32,000 nucleotides of DNA. Source: Promethearchaeota archaeon. GTDB taxonomy: Archaea; Asgardarchaeota; Lokiarchaeia; Sigyniarchaeales; SOKP01. The notes beneath the pieces are model-generated. The model did no database searches and had not been told where the DNA came from. It saw only the letters and a list, made by a program, of their open reading frames with translations. The number at the start of each line of letters is the position of its first letter. Within the stretch, counting starts at the first letter, position 1. Below are positions 8,714 through 17,129 of this stretch, in pieces. The position numbers and the translations under genes are program-made. Location of the stretch: positions 30,001-62,000 of the forward strand of contig JAUWGH010000008.1 in NCBI GenBank assembly GCA_030606485.1. Reading direction: 5' to 3'.

Positions 8714-10078
8714 CTAAACAGGAGCTCCACATGCCCTACAAGCCTTATCATTTCCTTTCATGGGCGCACCGCAAATTTTGCAAAAACTTAATGTAGGTTT
8801 TGTTTTTGGAGGTTTTAATTGAGTAATCGAAGTAATTTGAGAAGTTGTTGATCCAGCCGGAGACCAATATTTTGAGGGCTCTTTTTCTTTTTGCGGTTGT
8901 TGTTTTCCTTCAATTTCTATTTCAGGCCCAAAAAAACCTCCAGGTCTTATCTTTTTCTTAATAGTTGGTGGAGGTGGGGGAGAAGGTACCAAATCTTCAA
9001 AAGTTTTTGACTTTTCACCATTTATAATTATAAGATCAGCCTTATTATCATCTGAAATTTCTGTTTCGGAAGATATTGAGAGAAATTCTTCGGAACTTGA
9101 AGAAATCGGAGTTTTAACTGCTTTACCTCTTTTTTCCTCTAAAGTTTCAATATCTTCCTCAATAAGTTTTAATTGTTCAAGATTTTTTACTTTTTCGAGA
9201 ACCATATTTTCCTCTAATTTTAATAGAGTACCACAACCTGCGCATCTAAAAATATGGATAAAACCAATATTTTTAAGCCCGGAATATTGAGCAGCGCAAC
9301 ATTCATGATATGCAGTATTGCAATTAAAACATTTGTAAGGAGTATCATTTTTATCTAAACATATTGGACAAATGGGCATATTACATATTGTGCAAGTTAA
9401 TTCTTCTCCAGGTTCTGGAGAAAGTAAATCACTAGCCAATTTTTCATAAAATAGTTTATCTTCTGGTTGTATCTGTTTCTTAATTTCTCCAACAATAACA
9501 TTTTGAATTTCTTTATTTTTTGCAAGAACATTCATAATGTTCATAAAATAATCCCTAGAATCAGCATAAAACATCCCACCAGTAGTTTCCATTGTAATTA
9601 TTTTAAGTTTTACATCATCTGCATAAAATTTTTTATCTCCTACTCTTACGATATCTATGAAAGTTGGAAGAATCTTTACTTTACTTATAAGATCAAATAA
9701 GGTTGCTTGCATTTCTTCAGGGATTTCACTTGGACTATCTGTAATTACAATAATACGATAATTTGCAACACGTTTTTTTGCTTTTTTTAGAATTTCAGAT
9801 AAAGTTAGAAACATCCCATTCTCAAATAGGCTTGTTTTATTTCTATAATTCCAGTTTTCAGATAAAATATTAATTATCTCTCCGTAAGATGTTTTATCCA
9901 TTATTAACAATGGAATAGCATCTTCTTTAAATAACAGTAAATTAAATATTGTTAAAATATTGATTTGTTTCTTTTTTTCAATTAATTCTTTAATTCCTCT
10001 GAGGATTATCTTTTTTTTTAGGAAATCTGTTGTAATATCAATGAAAATGAATACATCTTCTTTCTGGAGTTCAATCAT
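8714..10078 (-). CDS. VWA-domain protein with a central C4HC3 (PHD/RING-like) zinc finger, Pro-rich linker and C-terminal zinc ribbon
   Basis: VFIFID..., RIIVITDSP, IDIVRVG, TTGGMFY (VWA); CTIC-x4-CPIC-x9-CFNC-x4-H-x2-C-x17-CAGC; PSPPPPP; CKICG-x9-CRACG. Confidence 0.75.
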   Translation of the reverse strand: MIELQKEDVFIFIDITTDFLKKKIILRGIKELIEKKKQINILTIFNLLLFKEDAIPLLIMDKTSYGEIINILSENWNYRNKTSLFENGMFLTLSEILKKAKKRVANYRIIVITDSPSEIPEEMQATLFDLISKVKILPTFIDIVRVGDKKFYADDVKLKIITMETTGGMFYADSRDYFMNIMNVLAKNKEIQNVIVGEIKKQIQPEDKLFYEKLASDLLSPEPGEELTCTICNMPICPICLDKNDTPYKCFNCNTAYHECCAAQYSGLKNIGFIHIFRCAGCGTLLKLEENMVLEKVKNLEQLKLIEEDIETLEEKRGKAVKTPISSSSEEFLSISSETEISDDNKADLIIINGEKSKTFEDLVPSPPPPPTIKKKIRPGGFFGPEIEIEGKQQPQKEKEPSKYWSPAGSTTSQITSITQLKPPKTKPTLSFCKICGAPMKGNDKACRACGAPV

Positions 10079-10227
10079 GTTCTAGCCTAGTAAATATCTC
10101 ATACCAATTAAAAAAAATGTCTTATATTTTATAATAATACTTTTAATTAAAAAAAAAAATTAAGTTTTTTACAGAATTCTTTTAATAAATTTATTAAATC
10201 TTATTTATCTTCTCCTAAAAATTAAAT

Positions 10228-10980
10228 TTATTGCCTTTCTAATCCTTTTATTAAAAATCTTTTTACCCATTTAGGTAAAATAAAGCCAATATAAAATTCT
10301 ATCGAACTTGATATTAAAATTAATCTTGTAATGACTACGGTTATTGGAATTAATGAAATTGATGAGTCTAAAATCGCACCAATAGTGAATGAAAGAAATG
10401 CAACTATGAGAAATTTCCCTTTCAATTTAATTTCTTTGTCCTCTGACTTTAGTGATTCTCGAGCAAATAATAAGCCACTTATTAATAATATAACAATAGT
10501 AAATAACAATGTAAATGTGATAAAATCACCAAATTCTACATGAAATGGTCCTAGAAATGTTCCAACTAATGTAGAGTCAATAAAGAGTAATGTAAAAAAA
10601 ATTATTTCAAAAATTACAGTCCAAATAAGACATAATATGAGTATCAACTTTTGTCTTGCTTTATACAAAAAATCCGTAATTACTATTAACCAGCAAATAA
10701 TAAAAAGCGGCATAAAAACATTTCCTATAATGAGATAGGCTTCTTCTGTTAGAATAGAACTAAAACCTAAAATCATTATAAAATTAATTGAATCAGGAAT
10801 CCAAGGACTCGCTATTCCAATCCACGAAATACCGACAAGGATTAATTCTCTTCTCTTATATTCAAAATATTTAAATAAAATTCGTAATCCTACAAATATA
10901 GAAATAATGGCAAAAATCAAACTAAAACTTCCTTGAAATACTTCTAACAAATCAAGCGGGAGAGTATAGGGGACAATCAT
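10228..10980 (-). CDS. Seven-TM membrane protein (sensor-like), no cytoplasmic output domain
   Basis: Seven hydrophobic helices counted by eye; short basic C-terminus. Confidence 0.7.
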   Translation of the reverse strand: MIVPYTLPLDLLEVFQGSFSLIFAIISIFVGLRILFKYFEYKRRELILVGISWIGIASPWIPDSINFIMILGFSSILTEEAYLIIGNVFMPLFIICWLIVITDFLYKARQKLILILCLIWTVIFEIIFFTLLFIDSTLVGTFLGPFHVEFGDFITFTLLFTIVILLISGLLFARESLKSEDKEIKLKGKFLIVAFLSFTIGAILDSSISLIPITVVITRLILISSSIEFYIGFILPKWVKRFLIKGLERQ

Positions 10981-11166
10981 TTGTATTTAACCTCAATTCT
11001 TTACGATAATATAATTTACTTTAATCTAAATAATTTATATTTTCTCATTAGTATATATGTTAAATAATTTAAATTTATTTCTCAACCTTAACCTAAAATT
11101 TGCCTGTAGATAATATGAAAATACATGAGCGATTTAAATTAAAAAAAAAATATAAAATAAAATTCC

Positions 11167-12291
11167 CTATCCTTTAAAATAATTTAGCACCTTCTTTAAA
11201 CAGTTAAATGAAGTTTTAATTTTTTTAATGTCAGAAAAAATTGTAGCATTTTGGATTACAATATGTTTCAGGCCAACTTTAGCATACTCTTCGATTTTTC
11301 CAATAATTTCGTCTGGGGTACCAAATAGGAAGATATCTTCACACATTTTTTTTGGAATTTTCTCAATTGCCTCTAACGCTGTTTTTCGATCAATCCTAGT
11401 GGGTATAAAATCGAAAAGCCCTTTATAATTCTCACCTAGAGGGTGTGAAATACCATATTGTTCGAATTTTTCATGGGACATAACCAACCCAAGACATTTA
11501 ATTAACGGAGTTTCAAGCATCTTTAGACAACCCTCATGATCCTCATCTAAAATTGCGTAACACCATAATGCTGGAGTAATATTATCTGGATTTTTACCTA
11601 TCTTTTTTGCCGACGCCCGTATAATTTTTAGTCCTTTTTTATACGAATTGAGATCCAAATTTGCAGGTAACCATCCGTCTCCTAATCTTCCAGTTAATTC
11701 AAGCATTTTGGGTCCGTGTGCTCCAATCCATATTGGAGGATATTCCCCATCTTTATAGGGACCTATTGCAAGAATTGCATCTTTTAGTTTCCAGAACTTT
11801 CCATCGAAATCTACTTTTCCATCATTTTCCCAAAGAAGTTTGATAATCTTAATCGCCTCTTCCAACCTACTCACGGGTTTATTCCATTCAATACCGTATG
11901 GGATGACGTTTTCACCTTCACCAGCTCCGATACCAAGAATTATTCTACCTTTAGAGATATGATCTAAAGTTAAAAAAGATTGTGCGAGTACAGCAGGGTG
12001 TCTCCTAAAAGTTTCAGTTACAGATGTTCCCAATTTTAGTTTTTCAGTATTCCAGGCTGCAACAGCAATCGTAGTATAAGCTTCATAGAAGAAATGGGGT
12101 GTTTTTTGAAAAGATGCCACGTTAACTATATCTGGTGTAAAAATTGATTCGGGTATCCAACCCATCAAATGATCAGCCCACCATACAGAATCGTATCCTA
12201 TTTCATCGAGTCGCTTTACAGTCTTAATACCATTTTCAAAAGGCGGGAGAAATGTTCCCTCTGTTCCTATTTTTATATCATGAATATCCAT
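11167..12291 (-). CDS. LLM-class (luciferase-like) flavin/F420-dependent oxidoreductase
   Basis: GYDSVWWADH, LGTSVT...RRHPAVLAQ, SKGRIILGIGAGE, PPIWIGAHGPKML...GDGWLP. Confidence 0.9.
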   Translation of the reverse strand: MDIHDIKIGTEGTFLPPFENGIKTVKRLDEIGYDSVWWADHLMGWIPESIFTPDIVNVASFQKTPHFFYEAYTTIAVAAWNTEKLKLGTSVTETFRRHPAVLAQSFLTLDHISKGRIILGIGAGEGENVIPYGIEWNKPVSRLEEAIKIIKLLWENDGKVDFDGKFWKLKDAILAIGPYKDGEYPPIWIGAHGPKMLELTGRLGDGWLPANLDLNSYKKGLKIIRASAKKIGKNPDNITPALWCYAILDEDHEGCLKMLETPLIKCLGLVMSHEKFEQYGISHPLGENYKGLFDFIPTRIDRKTALEAIEKIPKKMCEDIFLFGTPDEIIGKIEEYAKVGLKHIVIQNATIFSDIKKIKTSFNCLKKVLNYFKG

Positions 12292-12469
12292 TTTAATCGC
12301 TACTTATAATACTTTCAAATTATGATTTCTTTTTTTATATAATATTCTAGAAAAATCTTGTAATTTATAAAATTTAAGAAACCTAACTTAAAACTACTCA
12401 TAAACAAAAAATATAAAAATCTAAATCAAATATTTATACAAAATAACCTTTTCTATATAGTGTTTATTA

Positions 12470-13963
12470 ATGAAGAATAATAATGATAAAGATTTTCTAA
12501 TTCAATTATTAAATGAAATAGAACTCTCGGATGGTAGTATTGACCTTTATTTAAAAATTATTGGAAGATCCCCGTTAACATGGGAAGAGATCGCCTTAAT
12601 TATGAATACTACGAAGAAAGAACTGAATAAAAGCTTAATCGAAGAATTATTAAATAAAGGATTGTGTATTTCTAACTCAGAATCTTCTGAAGAAGATTTA
12701 ATCTACTATTACGCTATACCCCCATATCCGGCATTTTTAACTTATTATGAAAAGTTTAATGCGAAATTAAATCAAATGTCAAATGATTTACCGGATAAAA
12801 TATCTAGCATTTTTCAAGAGATTAAAAAAGAGTCAGGTTTTTTACTAAATTTAAAAAATTATATTAAGAATTTTCAAGAAGCAAAAACCACAATTGTAGG
12901 AAATTTGAGTTTAATGAAAGCTGATTATGAAGATGGAGTTACCTTGATTCCTGAATTGAATCTATTATTAAATAATTCCGGAAAATTTTATGAGATGGTA
13001 GAGAATGTTTTTAATTTACATTATCAAAATTTTCTAAAGCAAGTGGAAAATATAAAACAAGAAATTATAGATAACCTCGAGGAATTTAATCTTAAAAAAA
13101 AAAAGGATGACATAAAAGCATTAATAGATAAAATTATTGATGAAAAAATTAAAGAACTTAATGAAAGCTACAACGAAAAATTACCTGAAATTTTTAGAAA
13201 AAATTCAGAGAGCTTACAACAAAATATAACTGAAATTTCTTCCCAAGTTGAGAAGATTGAAAATGAGATTCGAATGAGTTTATTTGATTTAATGTATGAG
13301 TATGAACAAACTATTAACGATCAAGAAAAAACTTTTAATATAGTTTTAAAAAAAGAAGAAGAAAAATTTACTATTTTTGATGAATCTCTTAGCCAAAAAA
13401 TATTTGAGTTATTAGCAAGTATTTTTAATTTCATATCTTCACCAATGCAATTAAATAATCAAGCATTTCAATTTCTACTTGAAAAAACAAAACAGATACC
13501 AATTAAAATCGTAGAAAAAATTGAAAAAATAGAAATTCCAGTTTCAACTCAAGAAATTCATGAAAAAAAAGAACCGGGAGGTGAAGAGATCGATAAAATT
13601 TCGTTGTTTATTGAAGAGAAGGAAAAACTTATTAAAGATCCTGATAAAAAGGAAGAAAAATTACCATTAAAATCTATTAAAGATGAAATTCTTAAAAGTG
13701 GAGTTCTAAAGGGAGAAATGACCGAGATTGGCTCTCGATTTTTCGAAATTTTAGAAGAATTAGATATTAAAAATGGAAATGAAATTTCAAAACATTTAGA
13801 AGAATTAAATGATTATATTCTTGAAAATAAAGGCTTCTCTGTAGTTTTAAATGATATACGCCGTTGGATTACAGATCTTAAAGGTAAAGGAAAACTTGAT
13901 GAAAATTTAAAAAAAATTTTAGTAAGTCGAATGAAATCTTGGATTGAAAGATTGGCAAAATAA
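12470..13963 (+). CDS. TrmB-like winged-HTH protein with a long coiled coil and a C-terminal helical domain
   Basis: LYLKII...LTWEEIA...LIEELLNKGL...YYAIPP (TrmB-type wHTH), then roughly 250 aa of E/K/L/I-rich predicted coiled coil. Confidence 0.7.
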   Translation: MKNNNDKDFLIQLLNEIELSDGSIDLYLKIIGRSPLTWEEIALIMNTTKKELNKSLIEELLNKGLCISNSESSEEDLIYYYAIPPYPAFLTYYEKFNAKLNQMSNDLPDKISSIFQEIKKESGFLLNLKNYIKNFQEAKTTIVGNLSLMKADYEDGVTLIPELNLLLNNSGKFYEMVENVFNLHYQNFLKQVENIKQEIIDNLEEFNLKKKKDDIKALIDKIIDEKIKELNESYNEKLPEIFRKNSESLQQNITEISSQVEKIENEIRMSLFDLMYEYEQTINDQEKTFNIVLKKEEEKFTIFDESLSQKIFELLASIFNFISSPMQLNNQAFQFLLEKTKQIPIKIVEKIEKIEIPVSTQEIHEKKEPGGEEIDKISLFIEEKEKLIKDPDKKEEKLPLKSIKDEILKSGVLKGEMTEIGSRFFEILEELDIKNGNEISKHLEELNDYILENKGFSVVLNDIRRWITDLKGKGKLDENLKKILVSRMKSWIERLAK

Positions 13964-13978
13964 GTTTTTTCATAAATA

Positions 13979-14770
13979 TTAGCTAGTTGAATTAAGTTCC
14001 TCTTTTAAATCCTTTCGTGAATTCAAATAATTTTTAAAACCGATGAAAATATAAAACCATCCCATTACAAAAGATACTATAAATAAACACAAGATAGGTA
14101 AAGCAGCAAACTGTTTTGGAAAAGTTAGTCCAATTATACCAATTACGATTGTGAGAATACCTCCGCTAATAAACACGTATTTTAAGTTTCCAGACTTTTT
14201 CTTTAACTCTTCACCATATATAATAAAAGTTGTAATATTTAAGTAGCCCAAAAATCCTAATAAAAATGGAAATAGTAATTGAACCCAAATTGAAATAAAA
14301 TTATTTTGATAAAAAGTTTGAATACTAAAATAATCAATATAATAAAAGACGGTAACTATTAATCCACTAAATGGTGTTACTATTCCAGTATATCCCTTAG
14401 CATCCATAATATTAAATCTTGCTAATCTAAGTAGGGCACCTAAAATGAAAATAATGACTGCTGGAATATAAAATATTAATTCAAAAGGTAAATCATTACA
14501 ATAACCAATAAAAATTAACATTGCAGGTACAACTCCAAAACAAAATAAATCATTTAATGAATCCATCTCTTTTCCAATTTTATTTACTTGGTTTAATTTC
14601 CTTGCCACATACCCGTCTAAAAGGTCAGTCCCCTGACAAATCATAATAAAAAAAAATGCCAATGATAGATCGTTAAGTAAAATTCCAACCATTAAGGCAA
14701 AAATTCCGCAAATTGTCCCTGAAAGAGTGATATAATCCTTTAATTTTAAAAGTCGAATAATGTTACTCAT
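13979..14770 (-). CDS. CDP-alcohol phosphatidyltransferase (archaetidylserine synthase / PssA-like)
   Basis: DLLDGYVARKL...GKEMDSLND signature, CFGVVPA, LRLARFNI, TGIVTP. Confidence 0.85.
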   Translation of the reverse strand: MSNIIRLLKLKDYITLSGTICGIFALMVGILLNDLSLAFFFIMICQGTDLLDGYVARKLNQVNKIGKEMDSLNDLFCFGVVPAMLIFIGYCNDLPFELIFYIPAVIIFILGALLRLARFNIMDAKGYTGIVTPFSGLIVTVFYYIDYFSIQTFYQNNFISIWVQLLFPFLLGFLGYLNITTFIIYGEELKKKSGNLKYVFISGGILTIVIGIIGLTFPKQFAALPILCLFIVSFVMGWFYIFIGFKNYLNSRKDLKEELNSTS

Positions 14771-14908
14771 TGTAAAAAACCTATTATAATTTCTACTTAT
14801 TTATATAAATATCTTTTTAATTAACATAAAATATCTTTTAATAATTACTTTAGGTTTGAATAAATAGTTCTAGTAAAAAGGAAATTAAAAAAAAAGAATT
14901 TATTAAGA

Positions 14909-15601
14909 TTATTTATCATGCAAGACGTTATCTATTGATAAAACAAACCCCAACAAGATGCGTCTATCTGTTTTATTATTATGAATCCGTAAGGCGTATG
15001 TGTCCTTAAAATCAAACAGACCGCCCAAAAAAATATCACGCCATCGATCCGCTTTCTCTATCTCTGCAACTAATTCGCCAGTTTTAAAATTTGTAACTTT
15101 GTAAGACCAACCCATGAATTTTCCTTGGGCTTCATACCATTTTTCTCCATCTGGAGATTCTAAGAAAAATTTAGGGCGAAAAACACTCAAAATTGCTTTT
15201 TTGATTCTGGCGATCATATTTCCCTCTGGATCTTTTAAGTCTTGAGATCCTCTTGCACTAACAATCTTAGCATGAATTGTTGCCTGGATAGTTCCATCAA
15301 GTTCCATAAGCTCAACTTTTCTTCTAAGCGAAAATATTTTACGGTGCATCCTTCCAATAGGTTGCCCTTTTTCATCAAGAATATCGCCAGATCCCCAATC
15401 CCAGTATTTCTCTTTCAAGACATAGTAGTTTCGGTTAATGTCGAAGAGACCACCACTCGGTGCGGGTTTGGCAACACTTTCAGTTTGAGAAGGTACTGGT
15501 GCAGACTCATCAATTTTAGCACCGCATTTTTCACAAAACTTCTGACCAGGTTGTAAAGGATCACCACAACCCGGGCAAAATTTGGCTCCCATTTTATTCA
15601 A
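14909..15601 (-). CDS. Zinc-ribbon + LURP-one/scramblase (Tubby C-terminal-like) domain protein
   Basis: FCPGCG-x9-FCEKCGAKI at the N-terminus; YVLKEKYW, ILDEKGQPIG, LVAEIEK, DTYALRI, LLGFVLSID. The true start may be ATG at 15592. Confidence 0.8.
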   Translation of the reverse strand: MNKMGAKFCPGCGDPLQPGQKFCEKCGAKIDESAPVPSQTESVAKPAPSGGLFDINRNYYVLKEKYWDWGSGDILDEKGQPIGRMHRKIFSLRRKVELMELDGTIQATIHAKIVSARGSQDLKDPEGNMIARIKKAILSVFRPKFFLESPDGEKWYEAQGKFMGWSYKVTNFKTGELVAEIEKADRWRDIFLGGLFDFKDTYALRIHNNKTDRRILLGFVLSIDNVLHDK

Positions 15602-15947
15602 ACCTTTTAATAATTGTATTAATTAATTCAATTTAATAACAATATGAGAATAAAGATTTATATAATTTTTGTTAAACTTGTTATAATTTATTTGATTAAA
15701 TTAATTTATTTTGTTTGCTAGACGAGAGTTTAATTGTTGTTATTGAAATTTTTCAATTAGATCATTATTATACTTTATTAATAATCTCAAACATAAAGAT
15801 GGATAAAAATATATATAGATATTATATGATTATATTAGTTTTTGTAAATTCATAGAAAATTAAAAATGAATATATTCAAATAAGAGAGCTTTTATTTAAT
15901 CGTCATAAAAAAATTTTTTTTATATAAGGCAAAAATAAAGAAGAATC

Positions 15948-17054
15948 ATGATTGAATACAATGAATTCATGGCTTTTGAATTATTGGATGATGGAACTAA
16001 AAATGAACTGGATACATCCCCTAAAGAATTAGGTTCAATTTTGAATCCTAACCAAGTATTTGTGATAGTGAGGGAAGATCTACGCCGTATTTTTATTTGG
16101 AAAGGCTCAAAATCTCCAGTTCGAAAGCGGTTTATTTCTTCACGAGTTGCCCAAGAACTCCAAAACGAGCTAATAAAATCAGCAGGATTTCATCGATGTA
16201 TAATAAAATCAATTGATCAAGGGGATGAATTAGTTGAGTTTTTGAATGCATTTGGTCTAGAATCGATGGAAGTAACTGAAAGATTACCAGATATGAGATA
16301 TATTAGAAATATTGAAAGGGATGGAATGGCTCAAGGCATAGTAATGGATGCAACTCCTGTTTCGAAAAAAATAGAAAGTAATGATTATTATTCCCCTGCT
16401 TTAGGTATTTTTGATGGGAATACAATGGAATCTGCTTTAGTATCTTCTGGTATTAAACCTCAAACTCCTAAAAAAGAAACTTTTAAACCTATTCCAATAA
16501 CTCCATCAAGTATAAGTCCTGGATATATTACTAGAAAACCATCTTTTTCTCAAGATCAAGTTAAAAAAATTTTAAATGAAATCTTAAAAAATGATATTCC
16601 AGATGGATATAAACGGCAAAATATCATAATGGGAAACTATTTATATGGAGTTGTCTCTAAGATGACCACAGTTCTTGGAAAGGAGGTTGAGGATACAGAA
16701 TGGGAAAGAATTAAAAAATTTCCCAATGAGGTAATTGAACTAGAAAACAATAAGATAAGGGCTTATATTGATGAAAAACGTGCTATAATAAAAGGGATTG
16801 AAGTGTTAACATTAGATAAAAAGACTCCAATAAGATCTAAAAAAATAGCAACCAGAACTCCAGTAAAAAAAACAATCACTAGAACACCGGCTAAAAAAAC
16901 AACTGCAAGAACCACATCTAAAAAGGCTATATCTAAGACATCGAGTAAAAAGAAAGACACTTTAGGAACAACTAAAGATAATCAAACTAAACCTAAAATG
17001 ATAAAAGTTGCTGGAAGGACACTTCCCAAAATTCCAAAAGCAGATGATGAATAA
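15948..17054 (+). CDS. One-domain gelsolin-like protein with extended C-terminus (1DGelX-like) and Lys/Thr-rich tail
   Basis: LNPNQVFVI...RRIFIWKGSKSPVRKRFISSRVAQEL...IDQGDELVEFL matches the gelsolin-repeat consensus (F/Y-x-W-x-G, QGxE, F). Confidence 0.8.
   Translation: MIEYNEFMAFELLDDGTKNELDTSPKELGSILNPNQVFVIVREDLRRIFIWKGSKSPVRKRFISSRVAQELQNELIKSAGFHRCIIKSIDQGDELVEFLNAFGLESMEVTERLPDMRYIRNIERDGMAQGIVMDATPVSKKIESNDYYSPALGIFDGNTMESALVSSGIKPQTPKKETFKPIPITPSSISPGYITRKPSFSQDQVKKILNEILKNDIPDGYKRQNIIMGNYLYGVVSKMTTVLGKEVEDTEWERIKKFPNEVIELENNKIRAYIDEKRAIIKGIEVLTLDKKTPIRSKKIATRTPVKKTITRTPAKKTTARTTSKKAISKTSSKKKDTLGTTKDNQTKPKMIKVAGRTLPKIPKADDE
16839..16946 (+). repeat. Four imperfect 27-bp (9-aa) tandem repeats in the gelsolin tail
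   Basis: KKIATRTPV / KKTITRTPA / KKTTARTTS / KKAISKTSS, followed by KK. Confidence 0.8.
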
Positions 17055-17129
17055 GAAGTAATGAATTTGTGCTTTCTATAACTTTGTTTTAATAAATAAT
17101 TTTAAAAAAAAATATTTAAAATTACATTT

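Noticed and set aside
13094-13104. A11 homopolymer in the TrmB-like gene as a phase-variation switch
   Set aside because: It is in frame (LKKKKD), and long A/T runs are common throughout this AT-rich window.
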